Part shown: positions 39,922-49,372 of the stretch, piece after piece | Layout of the letters: every line of letters begins with the position of its first letter | How positions within the stretch are numbered: position 1 is the stretch's first letter | NCBI GenBank assembly: GCA_014729085.1 | Contig: WJKM01000008.1 | Location: 163 to 64,162, forward strand | Source of the DNA: Candidatus Dojkabacteria bacterium | Lineage (GTDB): Bacteria > Patescibacteriota > Dojkabacteria > B142 > WJKM01 | Length of the DNA: 64,000 nucleotides | Direction of reading: 5' to 3' | Made by a program: the position numbers and the translations under genes | Notes under the pieces: generated by a model | What the model was told of the DNA's origin: nothing | Seen by the model: the letters and a program-made list of their open reading frames with translations, nothing else | The model's database searches: none

Positions 39922-40896
39922 ATGAAATTTAAATTCACAAATATTGGTGAAGATAGAAAAAGTAAACAGAAGTTAATTGTTGTTCTACTTTTATGTTTTC
40001 TTTTTTTAGTAATTGCCAATTCTATAGTTTTTGTTAGCAACTACTCAAAATATACAAGAACTGAAAAAACAGAAGCTTCCGATATAGAAAGTAAGTATTG
40101 GAATCATGATTTGTTTGATGGGCGATTGGAAGCGGTAAGCTGTGAACGTATAGTTGGATGGATAGGAACTAAAGATGATTTGATGGCACAGATGCCAGTT
40201 TTTTTTACTATAGGAGGTCCTTATGAGGGAAATGGAGTTGTGTTTAATCCCAATACAATAGCAGATATAAAACGAGAGAAAGCTGTATGTGATTTTTTGG
40301 ATGGTACTCTTAGTATGGCTGAAGAATGTGTTACCTGCGAAGGTACATCTTGTAATCATGGGTTCGAAATCAATCTTCCCAATTATACCGACTCTCCAAT
40401 TTTTAATAATAGCTCTAATAATAAGGTTTACGCTTATGGTGTTTATAAAGGACAAATTGCAGCTATTATGGATGGTCCTAGTTTTTCAAAATTTTTTCTT
40501 GAAATTCCGGAAAATTGTGGCGATGGATGGGATGGAAATTCAGATGAAATACCTACTTATACTGAAACTCCTACACCAGGCCCGGTTGAAATTCCCGAGG
40601 GCGTTAATTTTGATTTTAATTTAGATACTTTGATTGATCTGAATGATTTTACTTTATTTGCAAATGGTTATAGGGAGTGTAACAAACCGGATAATCCTGA
40701 CTCACAAAATTCTCCCGAATGCGAAATGTATAAAAGTACAGATGCTACTTTTGATTTCGATTTTAATGATGATCAAAAAGTTGATTTGAATGATTTCGTC
40801 ATTTTCGCACAAGTATATAAAGTTTGTAATAAACCAGGAGATACAGCAGCTCAAGACTCGACAGATTGTAATCAATATAAGGGAGGAGATAACTGA
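39922..40896 (+). CDS. Membrane-anchored secreted protein with C-terminal dockerin-like double EF-hand module (family member 1)
   Basis: TM, then the NYSKYTRTEKTEAS motif and an unknown ~190-aa domain. The dockerin-like part is DFNLDTLIDLNDFTLFANGY...DFNDDQKVDLNDFVIFAQVYKVC. Confidence 0.55.
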   Translation: MKFKFTNIGEDRKSKQKLIVVLLLCFLFLVIANSIVFVSNYSKYTRTEKTEASDIESKYWNHDLFDGRLEAVSCERIVGWIGTKDDLMAQMPVFFTIGGPYEGNGVVFNPNTIADIKREKAVCDFLDGTLSMAEECVTCEGTSCNHGFEINLPNYTDSPIFNNSSNNKVYAYGVYKGQIAAIMDGPSFSKFFLEIPENCGDGWDGNSDEIPTYTETPTPGPVEIPEGVNFDFNLDTLIDLNDFTLFANGYRECNKPDNPDSQNSPECEMYKSTDATFDFDFNDDQKVDLNDFVIFAQVYKVCNKPGDTAAQDSTDCNQYKGGDN

Positions 40897-41174
40897 TATA
40901 ATTCGATAAAATATTTATTGAAATTATTAGAAAAAAAAGGATTATTTTTACTAATCATAAACCAATTTAACCAACAACTATATTTTACTGATCGCAAATG
41001 CAATGTCTGGATTTCTAATAATACTGTGTAAATTATAATTTTTGGGGGTCCTAGTGCCGTTTTAAGATTAGAAGTTCGATTTGCTTACCTGTAGGTAGAT
41101 TGACCTACCGGAGAGGTACAATTGGACAATCTGATTTGAGAGAGGTATATATTTTTATAAGTAGAGTATAAAGT

Positions 41175-42566
41175 ATGAAGAAACTAAAATTCAAAAAAAT
41201 AGATGATAAGCAGACATATAGGAAACTTCTGCTGACAATATTTTTATTTGTCTTGGTAATTGTATTTTCAGTTTCAATTTATTTTGTACATAACTATTCA
41301 AAGTATAGTGAAATTAAAAAGAGTGAGGCAGCTGGCAATAATTGCTGTAATGAACCGGATTATAAAGTATGCGATGAAGACCATGAATGGGATGAAGGAT
41401 ATTATGCTTGTTTAAACGAAGAATGTGAGAAATGCGGTGGGGCTTCATGGGGTTCATGTAATGAAAATTGCAAGTGTGATCCTGGTGAGGATCATGTTAA
41501 GTGTCCTTCTGATTGTACAGATGAAGGTGTGGATGTACTAAAGCAAATAAATTTTGATTTTAATCTTGACGAAATTTTGGACTTATCTGATTTCACCCTA
41601 TTTGCTGAGGGATATAAGATTTGTAATTCAACGACAACAGAAAGTCCGCAAACAACCGAAGAATGTAAAGATTATAAAGAAGCAGACAGATCTTATGATT
41701 TTGATTTTAATGAAGATACTTGGCTTGACTTAAAAGATTTTGTTCATTTTGTTGAAGCATATAAAGTATGCAATTCAACGACACAAGACAATTCTCAAGA
41801 TAGTATCGAATGCAAGAAACTTAAGGGATTAGGACCTGAACCTACATGCGAAATTAGTCCAACATCTACTGCAGAACCCACTAGTGACCCAACAGATGAT
41901 CCTAGTCCAACAGCAGAACCAACAAATCCTCCTGATTTTGAGGATCCTGAAGGTAGTACTTCAATTGGTGGCGATTTTGAAGGTGAGTTCTATCATGATG
42001 GAGCTCCTGAATTGTATATTGCTAAGGACTGGAAAACCTGGTATGAAGATGGCTGTACAGCCGGGAAGTGTGGTACTTTTAATTGTGATGGGAGTCCAGC
42101 TTATTGCAGACGTCCTGAATTTAAAAAAGCGGATGGTACAAGGTTTAGAAATAGGGTAAGAACTGGACAGTATTCTCAGCAATGGTTTAATACTTTCGGT
42201 ACACATAATGCAGGTATTTATAGAAAAGTAAATGTTGGAACCGATAAACAGCTTAAAATGCAAGCATATGGATCGCAATGGACAGATGATGGTAGTGGTG
42301 GGTCAACCATTATGAATGGTAGAATTGGTATAGATCCAACTGGAGGCACGGATCCTAATAGTGATTCAGTTATATGGACAGACTGGACTCCCCTACCAAA
42401 TGTCAAACCCGAAGACAGTGGTGAATGGAAGAAGCTTGAAATAGAGGCTACGAGCGAAGTTGATGAAGTGACAATTTTCATTATGTCGAATAATCAGTAT
42501 CCCCTTACAAATAATGATGTCTATTGGGATGATGTTATATTATATATTGATGGTGAAAAAATCTAA
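41175..42566 (+). CDS. Membrane-anchored secreted Cys-rich protein with internal dockerin-like module and C-terminal CBM-like beta-sandwich domain (family member 2)
   Basis: TM and NYSKYSEIKKSEAA, then a Cys-rich EGF-like stretch. The dockerin-like part is DFNLDEILDLSDF...DFNEDTWLDLKDF. A PT linker follows, and the C-terminus ends ...NNDVYWDDVILYIDGEKI. Confidence 0.55.
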   Translation: MKKLKFKKIDDKQTYRKLLLTIFLFVLVIVFSVSIYFVHNYSKYSEIKKSEAAGNNCCNEPDYKVCDEDHEWDEGYYACLNEECEKCGGASWGSCNENCKCDPGEDHVKCPSDCTDEGVDVLKQINFDFNLDEILDLSDFTLFAEGYKICNSTTTESPQTTEECKDYKEADRSYDFDFNEDTWLDLKDFVHFVEAYKVCNSTTQDNSQDSIECKKLKGLGPEPTCEISPTSTAEPTSDPTDDPSPTAEPTNPPDFEDPEGSTSIGGDFEGEFYHDGAPELYIAKDWKTWYEDGCTAGKCGTFNCDGSPAYCRRPEFKKADGTRFRNRVRTGQYSQQWFNTFGTHNAGIYRKVNVGTDKQLKMQAYGSQWTDDGSGGSTIMNGRIGIDPTGGTDPNSDSVIWTDWTPLPNVKPEDSGEWKKLEIEATSEVDEVTIFIMSNNQYPLTNNDVYWDDVILYIDGEKI

Positions 42567-42581
42567 ATTATTTATTGATTA

Positions 42582-43289
42582 ATGAAGAAGTTATATCAAA
42601 AGAATCAGGTCAAAAAAATTTTGGTCATAATTCTATTTTCAATTCTCCTTATTACCTTATTTCTTTCTGCTTTATTTGTTCAAAATTATTCTAGATATAG
42701 TGAGGTTAAGGAATCTGAGGCCTCTTCCTCAAAACCGAATATAGATTTCAATACAGATAAGAATATAGACTTAAATGATTTCAGAAATTTTGTAGAGGTT
42801 TATAGAATATGTAATAGTTCTGACACAGATAATCCACAGAATAGCTCTCAATGTATCTCACAAAAAGCTGATTATGATTTAGATGATAATGGGAAAGTTG
42901 ATATTCAGGATTTTGTTGTATTTGCAGATGGATACAAGATTTGTAATAAGCCTGGAGATTCGAATGCACAGGATTCTAATGAATGTAAGGCATATAAAGG
43001 AAGTGAGGACGATATAACCATTGAACCTTCCCCTACTAGTACAGAAGACTTAGATGGAGAATGCACTTGCCATGTAACAGGTAAAGGTTGTGGGAAGAAG
43101 GGTTTATTTAAAGGTTGCGAAGATTTTGATGAAACTGAGTCAAGATGTGTGAAAGAGAACGAATGTACCGAATCCAATTGTTGTACTGAGGCAGAAAAGG
43201 TTGCTGAACAAGAAGCCGAAAATAGAGGAGCTGTTCTAGAAAGTTTTGAATGTAATGCAGAGGTGCAGTGGACAGAAGGGGGCTGTTGA
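42582..43289 (+). CDS. Membrane-anchored secreted protein with dockerin-like module and Cys-rich C-terminus (family member 3)
   Basis: TM and NYSRYSEVKESEAS. The dockerin-like part is DFNTDKNIDLNDFRNF...DYDLDDNGKVDIQDFVVF. The C-terminal 100 aa contain about 14 Cys. Confidence 0.5.
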   Translation: MKKLYQKNQVKKILVIILFSILLITLFLSALFVQNYSRYSEVKESEASSSKPNIDFNTDKNIDLNDFRNFVEVYRICNSSDTDNPQNSSQCISQKADYDLDDNGKVDIQDFVVFADGYKICNKPGDSNAQDSNECKAYKGSEDDITIEPSPTSTEDLDGECTCHVTGKGCGKKGLFKGCEDFDETESRCVKENECTESNCCTEAEKVAEQEAENRGAVLESFECNAEVQWTEGGC

Positions 43290-43355
43290 TGACTTTTAAT
43301 AATTAAATTGATTAAAACACGATTGAGTCGTGTTTTTGTTTTATAATAAGTTATT

Positions 43356-44912
43356 ATGGCTAATCGAATGAATTCGAGTTTAAAACAGAAAATAGAAGAA
43401 GCCCCTTCTCTACCAGGCTGTTATTTGTGGAAAGATAAAAAGGGTAAGATTCTATATATAGGTAAGGCCGTCAATCTATCAAACCGTGTTAATTCATATG
43501 TGCAAAATTATAAACGACTTGATCCGAAAATACGGAAAATGGTGGATAAGATTGCAGACATTGATTATTATACTGTTGATAGCGAAGTAGAGGCACTTAT
43601 TCTAGAAACTAATCTGATTAAAAAATACAAGCCTAGATATAATAAACTCATGAAAGATGATAAGAATTATTCATGGGTCATGATTGATTGGTATAACGAT
43701 CTTCCTTCAATAAATTTAGTTAGAGAAAAAGATGATAAGAAAGCAGAGTATTATGGTCCGTATCCCAATAGATCTCCTGTATTTAAAGTTCTAAGAAGAT
43801 TGAGAAAAATATTCCCTTATTGTGGAAAGCTCCCAAAGAACAATAAGAATAAAACGAAGCCCTGTTTTGATTATCATATTGGTTTGTGTTCAGGAATTTG
43901 TGCCGGATTAGTATCCAAAAAAGAACATAGACAGCATATTAATGCTATAAGGAAATTTTTTAAAGGAAAGAGAATGAAAATGATCAATAATATGAAGAAG
44001 CAGATGAATAAGAAATCAGATAAGTTAAATTTTGAAGAGGCTGCAGAGCTAAGAGATAAGATTAATGACTTGGAGTATGTTACTCAGAGAATTAAGATAG
44101 GTAAAGAGATAGATGAGATAAAGCTTCAAACACTAAAAAAGGACTATCCTAAAGAAGCATTGAAGACCTTGATTAATAAGTTAGATTTTTCTGGTTTAAA
44201 GTATAAGAGAAACTTTCGAATTGAATGTTACGACATTTCAAATATCTCAGGTACAAATGCAGTGGGAAGTATGATTGTTTTTCAAGATGGCAGACCTGTT
44301 AAAAATCAGTATAGAAAGTTTAAGATAAGAAATAAAGCAACACCGGATGATTTTGCAATGATGCAGGAAGTAATAAAAAGACGTTTGAAATATTTGAGTT
44401 CAAATTATAAAGCAAAAAAGAGTGATTCATCTTTTAGGACTAAACCTAATTTAATAATTGTTGATGGCGGTAAAGCTCAATTGTCATCTGCATATGAGGT
44501 TTTAAAACGGAAAGGGCTTGAAGACAAGATTTATACGATTGGACTTGCAAAAAAGTTTGAAGAAATATACAAAATTAAAATAAATAACAGGAAAGAAGAA
44601 GATAAATCAAAAATAGTCAAAATTAAATTTAAAAAGATTAGATTTTCTAAAAGGTCAAAGGAATTATATTTGATTCAAAGAATCCGGGATGAAGCACATA
44701 GATTTGCCATAGGCTATCACAGAAAGATTCGTAGTAAAGGGCAAACAAAATCCATACTTGATGATATTCCGGGAGTTGGGAAAGTCACTAAAAGGCGCTT
44801 GATTGAAGCTTTTGGAAATGTGAATAAGATAAGAAAAGCTAGTAAAGAGGAACTCCAAACAGTAATTAGAAACAAAAGGACTGTTGAAGCAATTAAGAAG
44901 ATCTTAACTTAA
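43356..44912 (+). CDS. uvrC: Excinuclease ABC subunit C
   Basis: GIY-YIG motif GCYLWKDKKGKILYIGKAVNLSNRVNSY, a central endonuclease region and a C-terminal HhH IPGVGKVTKRRLIEAFG. Confidence 0.8.
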   Translation: MANRMNSSLKQKIEEAPSLPGCYLWKDKKGKILYIGKAVNLSNRVNSYVQNYKRLDPKIRKMVDKIADIDYYTVDSEVEALILETNLIKKYKPRYNKLMKDDKNYSWVMIDWYNDLPSINLVREKDDKKAEYYGPYPNRSPVFKVLRRLRKIFPYCGKLPKNNKNKTKPCFDYHIGLCSGICAGLVSKKEHRQHINAIRKFFKGKRMKMINNMKKQMNKKSDKLNFEEAAELRDKINDLEYVTQRIKIGKEIDEIKLQTLKKDYPKEALKTLINKLDFSGLKYKRNFRIECYDISNISGTNAVGSMIVFQDGRPVKNQYRKFKIRNKATPDDFAMMQEVIKRRLKYLSSNYKAKKSDSSFRTKPNLIIVDGGKAQLSSAYEVLKRKGLEDKIYTIGLAKKFEEIYKIKINNRKEEDKSKIVKIKFKKIRFSKRSKELYLIQRIRDEAHRFAIGYHRKIRSKGQTKSILDDIPGVGKVTKRRLIEAFGNVNKIRKASKEELQTVIRNKRTVEAIKKILT

Positions 44913-45039
44913 AATTCTTCGAAAATATATTTGAAAAATCCGTTTTTTAGGCAACCTTCTCTCTTCGATATTCGTAAGCAAAGTTTAAGGAATCCATTTT
45001 AGGTGTAACATTTTTTTTTGCTTTACGTCTTATCATTAG

Positions 45040-46320
45040 TTGCGGAAAGAATTATTTAGGAATTTTCGCATATATTTAATATTTTATTTCAAAATTATGG
45101 AACAACTTCCAGTCTTTGATTTCTACAACGATCAAGCTATAGATACTCCAGATTTTCCCTCAAGTTTAATAGAAGCAGATATAGATGGAGATGGTGACTT
45201 AGACATCTTGGCATTAAATGCGCAGAGAGTAGACAGTGTAGATGGTGATTATTTTAATCACTATATTTTACTTAACGAAGAAGGCAAATTCCAATTCGAA
45301 AACCCTCTCATGTTTCAATCTGGTGAGAGACTTGGGGATGCAGCCTTTGGAGATTTAGATAACGACGGTGATTTAGATATTTACACAACATCCTATTGGA
45401 GAGGTGAAGATAGTGTATATCTAAACACAGGTAATCAGTTTAATATTTTAAATCAGAATGAGACTTATGAACATGAAGATGGTTTAGTTGAGCTTGTAGA
45501 TATAGATGATGATGGAGATTTGGATGCAATTGTGACAACGCAGTCTCATAATTACCAAGATCCACCTCAAAACCCAACCCAAGTAAGGTTGAATGATGGT
45601 AGTGGCCAGTTTGCAAATTCTGTAACCCTTGGTAGGAGCTCAAGGACTGTTGATACTGCAATTGCAGATGTGGACGGTGATGGTGATCAAGATTATTTTC
45701 AAAGATCATATGAGAGAGGTTTGGAATTTTTTGAAAATCAGGGGGATGGCAGTTTTGCTGAGGGTGAAGCTATAAATATAGGGACCACAATCTACTCTTT
45801 TGATTTAGGAGATATTGATGGAGATGGTAAGGATGATTTAGTTGTATTGCATCAAGATAAGCCTGAAGAAGTACTAGAGATGGGAGCTTTATCATGGTTG
45901 GAACGGAATGGAGATAGTTGGCAAATTGAAGGTGATCATTTTTGGAATGGATTAATTCCTTATAATCAGGATATAGAACTTGGAGATGTAGATGGAGATG
46001 GGGATTTTGATGTTTTAATTGGTGGTGGAGCAGAAAAAAGTTATTTTCCGGAAGTTCATTATGATGTTCAACCTGCGAGGGTGGTGCATAATGCCGGTTT
46101 ATCTCCCTTTGAAAATGTAGTGGAGAAAGAGTTAAAGAGAAATAATATAGAAACTCCAATAATTGATCCATATGATTTGAGTTTAGTTCTAGCTGATATT
46201 GATGGAGACGGTAAAGATGAACCGATTATATCTAGTTTTTTTAATGAAGGGCAGGATATAACAATATGGGATAATGATCCATTATTATTTTTACCGGTAG
46301 TAGTTAGAAATTTTAGCTAA
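45040..46320 (+). CDS. FG-GAP / VCBS-type repeat (beta-propeller) protein
   Basis: Repeated DIDGDGDLDI, DLDNDGDLDI, DIDDDGDLDA, DVDGDGDQD and DIDGDGKDD calcium-binding propeller repeats. The start is ambiguous: Met20 at 45097 is an alternative, and there is no obvious signal peptide. Confidence 0.55.
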   Translation: MRKELFRNFRIYLIFYFKIMEQLPVFDFYNDQAIDTPDFPSSLIEADIDGDGDLDILALNAQRVDSVDGDYFNHYILLNEEGKFQFENPLMFQSGERLGDAAFGDLDNDGDLDIYTTSYWRGEDSVYLNTGNQFNILNQNETYEHEDGLVELVDIDDDGDLDAIVTTQSHNYQDPPQNPTQVRLNDGSGQFANSVTLGRSSRTVDTAIADVDGDGDQDYFQRSYERGLEFFENQGDGSFAEGEAINIGTTIYSFDLGDIDGDGKDDLVVLHQDKPEEVLEMGALSWLERNGDSWQIEGDHFWNGLIPYNQDIELGDVDGDGDFDVLIGGGAEKSYFPEVHYDVQPARVVHNAGLSPFENVVEKELKRNNIETPIIDPYDLSLVLADIDGDGKDEPIISSFFNEGQDITIWDNDPLLFLPVVVRNFS

Positions 46321-46335
46321 GGCATTTGTAAAATA

Positions 46336-46367
46336 AAGTAGGTCTCGATATGGAGACCTACTTTTTT
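46336..46367. terminator. Bidirectional Rho-independent terminator between convergent genes
   Basis: AAGTAGGTCTC-GATATG-GAGACCTACTT forms a perfect 11-bp stem, followed by TTTTTT on the plus strand and by a T-rich run on the minus strand. Confidence 0.6.
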
Positions 46368-46384
46368 AGGGTTAGGATATCACA

Positions 46385-48178
46385 TTAACCACAATTCTTC
46401 TGTTTATATAAAATAATAAAATTTTTAAAGTCAATAATATCAACTTTTCCGTTTCTATCACTGTCTTTTGGTCCACAACCTTCCACAATAGGTGAGTCCG
46501 AACAGGTTTTACTGTAAACATCTTTAAAAGGCTCAAAGTCATAGAGATCGACTTTATTATTATTGTTATGGTCAAGTTGACCGCAAATTACTCCTATTGG
46601 TGTACTAACCGCTGAAGATGTTACAGTAACAGTTGGAGTTGGTGTTTTAACTGTCGAAGATGTTACAGTAACAGTTGCTGTTGGAGTATTAGTTACTGAT
46701 GGACTTGTGGTAGTAGTTAAGGTAGGGCTATGTGAAGGTTCACTTGTTTGTGTTGGTGAATTAAGTACTTTACCTATTGTTATAAGATTTCCCGTCGGTT
46801 TTGGAGAAGACCAGTGTGTATAATTTCCTTCTATAAATGTTCCAATTATATCAGTAGTGAAATTTCCAATAAAATTTAATTGGCCAACTGTTAGATTGGA
46901 ACTTGTATATATTTCAGTTTCCGAAATATTGGAATTACTAATTGAGTATTTAGTTATTGTCTGGTATTGATTATTTCGTCCGTATATCTGTTTAATTCCG
47001 TCTTCTATAATTATTTCATAAGGCTGGAAAAGACCTAGATGATGGTAATTATCGATTTCCCATTTACTACCATCCCAGCTAGCTATTTCTAAGTATGGTG
47101 TATAAGGCATATTGCCAACTGTATTTATTTGTTTGAACCTTGTGAATGCAATGACTGGCTTGTTATTATAAATATCAACAGCCATTCTGGTATTCCCGCC
47201 TTCTTTTCCAAATTCCAGTTTGTTTTCATAACCAAATATTTCACAGTGCTGTTCAAATTCACTTCTGGTTATAGTACTTCCAAGGTTATGCTTTGAGGCT
47301 GAATATATATTATTATCTTCGAAGTTGAAGAATATATAATAGTGCTTATTAAAATAGTCGTTGTGATTTTGATGGATTCCAAAAGTAATATGAAGTCCTT
47401 CGGGATCGCTTTCGTAATGTATGGCTTTTGTATAAACTGTATTCCAAACATCTTCACTTTTCCCAGGGTCAATCAATTTATGAGATGTCCAGGTTTCACC
47501 ATTATCAGTTGATTTTAAATAATACTCTGGTTCATACCAATTTGAAAGCGGAGGATTAATAACACCATTCCCTTTGGTTTTTCGAAATAAATAGTATAAA
47601 TCTCCGTTTTTTGCTTTATATGCAGCTCCATATGTAGCTTCATTTGTACCGTTTATTTCATTGATTTCCCAGTTCGTAATATCAGTTGTGGAAGAGCTTG
47701 TTGCTTGAATAACCTTATGATTTGCATGCATGGAATATAAAACATGTAGTCGTCCCATACTATCCTTTAAGATCTGAGGATAATTATGTGAGTCTGGTTG
47801 AACTGGGGAGTCTAGAATTTTATGTGGCTCTGACCAATTCTCTAGATTATGATCATAATACATAATATAAGGCGAACAAGATGATAGCCCTTCTTTTTGA
47901 TCATTTGAAAAAACCACAAATGTTCGATTTGAGTCTGTATCATAAATTCCAGAATATATTTGTGTTTTTTGTCTGGCATAAGTTTCAACTATATTTTCGG
48001 CTATTATCTGTGTTTCGTATTGATCAGACGAAATTTGAGCACCGGATTTTTTAATATTCAGTTCAGATTGTTTTTCGATTTTAAAGGAAATAAGTAGAGA
48101 TGTCCCAATTAAGAATACAACTATGAAAGATAACAGAATAACGAAATGAAATTTTTTAGATGTTTCAGCTTTATGCAT
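46385..48178 (-). CDS. Membrane-anchored BNR/Asp-box (sialidase/glycoside-hydrolase-like beta-propeller) protein with Thr/Pro linker and C-terminal dockerin-like module
   Basis: TM anchor and the Asp-box YLKSTDNGETW (SxDxGxTW). The linker is TSPSVTNTPTATVTVTSSTVKTPTPTVTVTSS. The C-terminus reads CGQLDHNNNNKVDLYDFEPF...CGPKDSDRNGKVDIIDFKNFIILYKQKNC. Confidence 0.6.
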   Translation of the reverse strand: MHKAETSKKFHFVILLSFIVVFLIGTSLLISFKIEKQSELNIKKSGAQISSDQYETQIIAENIVETYARQKTQIYSGIYDTDSNRTFVVFSNDQKEGLSSCSPYIMYYDHNLENWSEPHKILDSPVQPDSHNYPQILKDSMGRLHVLYSMHANHKVIQATSSSTTDITNWEINEINGTNEATYGAAYKAKNGDLYYLFRKTKGNGVINPPLSNWYEPEYYLKSTDNGETWTSHKLIDPGKSEDVWNTVYTKAIHYESDPEGLHITFGIHQNHNDYFNKHYYIFFNFEDNNIYSASKHNLGSTITRSEFEQHCEIFGYENKLEFGKEGGNTRMAVDIYNNKPVIAFTRFKQINTVGNMPYTPYLEIASWDGSKWEIDNYHHLGLFQPYEIIIEDGIKQIYGRNNQYQTITKYSISNSNISETEIYTSSNLTVGQLNFIGNFTTDIIGTFIEGNYTHWSSPKPTGNLITIGKVLNSPTQTSEPSHSPTLTTTTSPSVTNTPTATVTVTSSTVKTPTPTVTVTSSAVSTPIGVICGQLDHNNNNKVDLYDFEPFKDVYSKTCSDSPIVEGCGPKDSDRNGKVDIIDFKNFIILYKQKNCG

Positions 48179-48188
48179 TTAGTCACAT

Positions 48189-49235
48189 TTATCTATTGGC
48201 AAGTGAATATTTAGTTGCTCTCCCCTTCCCTTCTACTTTTATTAGCTTTTTTTTCAAAAGTTCATTTAGATCTCTATAAGCTGTCATTGTCGATACATCA
48301 AACATTTGAACATAATCCTGCCTTTTAACCGATGGTATAGTTTGCAGATACTTGAGGATTTTGAGTTGTCTTTTATTCAAATTTAAAAAGGGTTGATGTG
48401 TTCTTTTCTTGTTAGTTTCAATTTGCTTAGTAATTCTTTTATACCGATTTTCAAATTCAGCAGCTATATGTTCTGTAAATTTTTCGATCCAAAAGGTAAT
48501 ATTTCCAGTTGGAGAGTTTGATGACTTTTCCCATTGTTCCTTGAATTCGTCTTGATTTAAATCAAAAAGTTTTGGAACAGATAAATAAGTAATAGTTGAA
48601 TATTCATTTTTTTGTAAAAGAAAGTCACATATTGCAATAATTGTTAGTTTGTTCAAATTTGAAAAAGGAATTATCCTGATAAGTCTGTATATAGTTACAG
48701 CAGTTCTAATTATTGGATTAATTCTATCTGTATTGTTTTTGTACCATTCGAACGTGTTGTCCAGTTCGGCTTCTATTTCATTAGTTTTTATTGATTGATC
48801 CCCATAAGTTAACCAGTCATCAAATGAAGAGTCGATATCGGTTCCGACACGGAATTTTGCCTCCCAAGGTTCCTTCCAGGAATAAATTAATAATTTATTT
48901 AGATGAAGAACTAGATCTTTGTTTATATTTACATAATTATCGTAACGATTTGATCTAATGTATTCGATAGCATTCTTAAAATTATTTAAAATCTTATTTT
49001 TCAAGTCATTTTGAGTGTCTATCTTTCCAACTAAAAACTTTTCCGTATCTTTAAGTGTTATATTTAAACCAAGCATATGTGCTGTATGGAAAATATCGAT
49101 TTTCTTTTGTTTTTTATTTAATTGGGTTTGTATCTCGTCACTTAAATCTAATTGGGATATTTTACATTTAGTAGTCTCGAGATCTATTAAATTATTTACA
49201 ATTGTATTGGTCAATTGATAGTTAATTTGCCTCAT
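48189..49235 (-). CDS. Fic-like protein with degenerate Fic motif and C-terminal winged-helix DNA-binding domain
   Basis: The C-terminus KRQLKILKYLQTIPSVKRQDYVQMFDVSTMTAYRDLNELLKKKLIKVEGKGRATKYSL is the typical Fic C-terminal wHTH. In place of HPFxxGNGR the protein has IIPFSNLNKLTIIAI. Confidence 0.4.
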   Translation of the reverse strand: MRQINYQLTNTIVNNLIDLETTKCKISQLDLSDEIQTQLNKKQKKIDIFHTAHMLGLNITLKDTEKFLVGKIDTQNDLKNKILNNFKNAIEYIRSNRYDNYVNINKDLVLHLNKLLIYSWKEPWEAKFRVGTDIDSSFDDWLTYGDQSIKTNEIEAELDNTFEWYKNNTDRINPIIRTAVTIYRLIRIIPFSNLNKLTIIAICDFLLQKNEYSTITYLSVPKLFDLNQDEFKEQWEKSSNSPTGNITFWIEKFTEHIAAEFENRYKRITKQIETNKKRTHQPFLNLNKRQLKILKYLQTIPSVKRQDYVQMFDVSTMTAYRDLNELLKKKLIKVEGKGRATKYSLANR

Positions 49236-49372
49236 TAATTATAAGTTTTATAGATTTTATGTAAATCAAGATTTCTAATATATTATACATGAAATGCTAA
49301 TTAAGCAAATATTATAATTCAAAATTATTAGCTCAAATACATATAAAATTTATGAATTTTAATTACATCAAT

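Noticed and set aside
41043-41150. Possible tRNA because of GGGGG 5' start and GTTCGATT T-loop-like motif
   Set aside because: No 3' acceptor strand complementary to GGGGGTC, and no D-arm or anticodon arm can be drawn. It is kept only as a possible structured leader or ncRNA in the findings.
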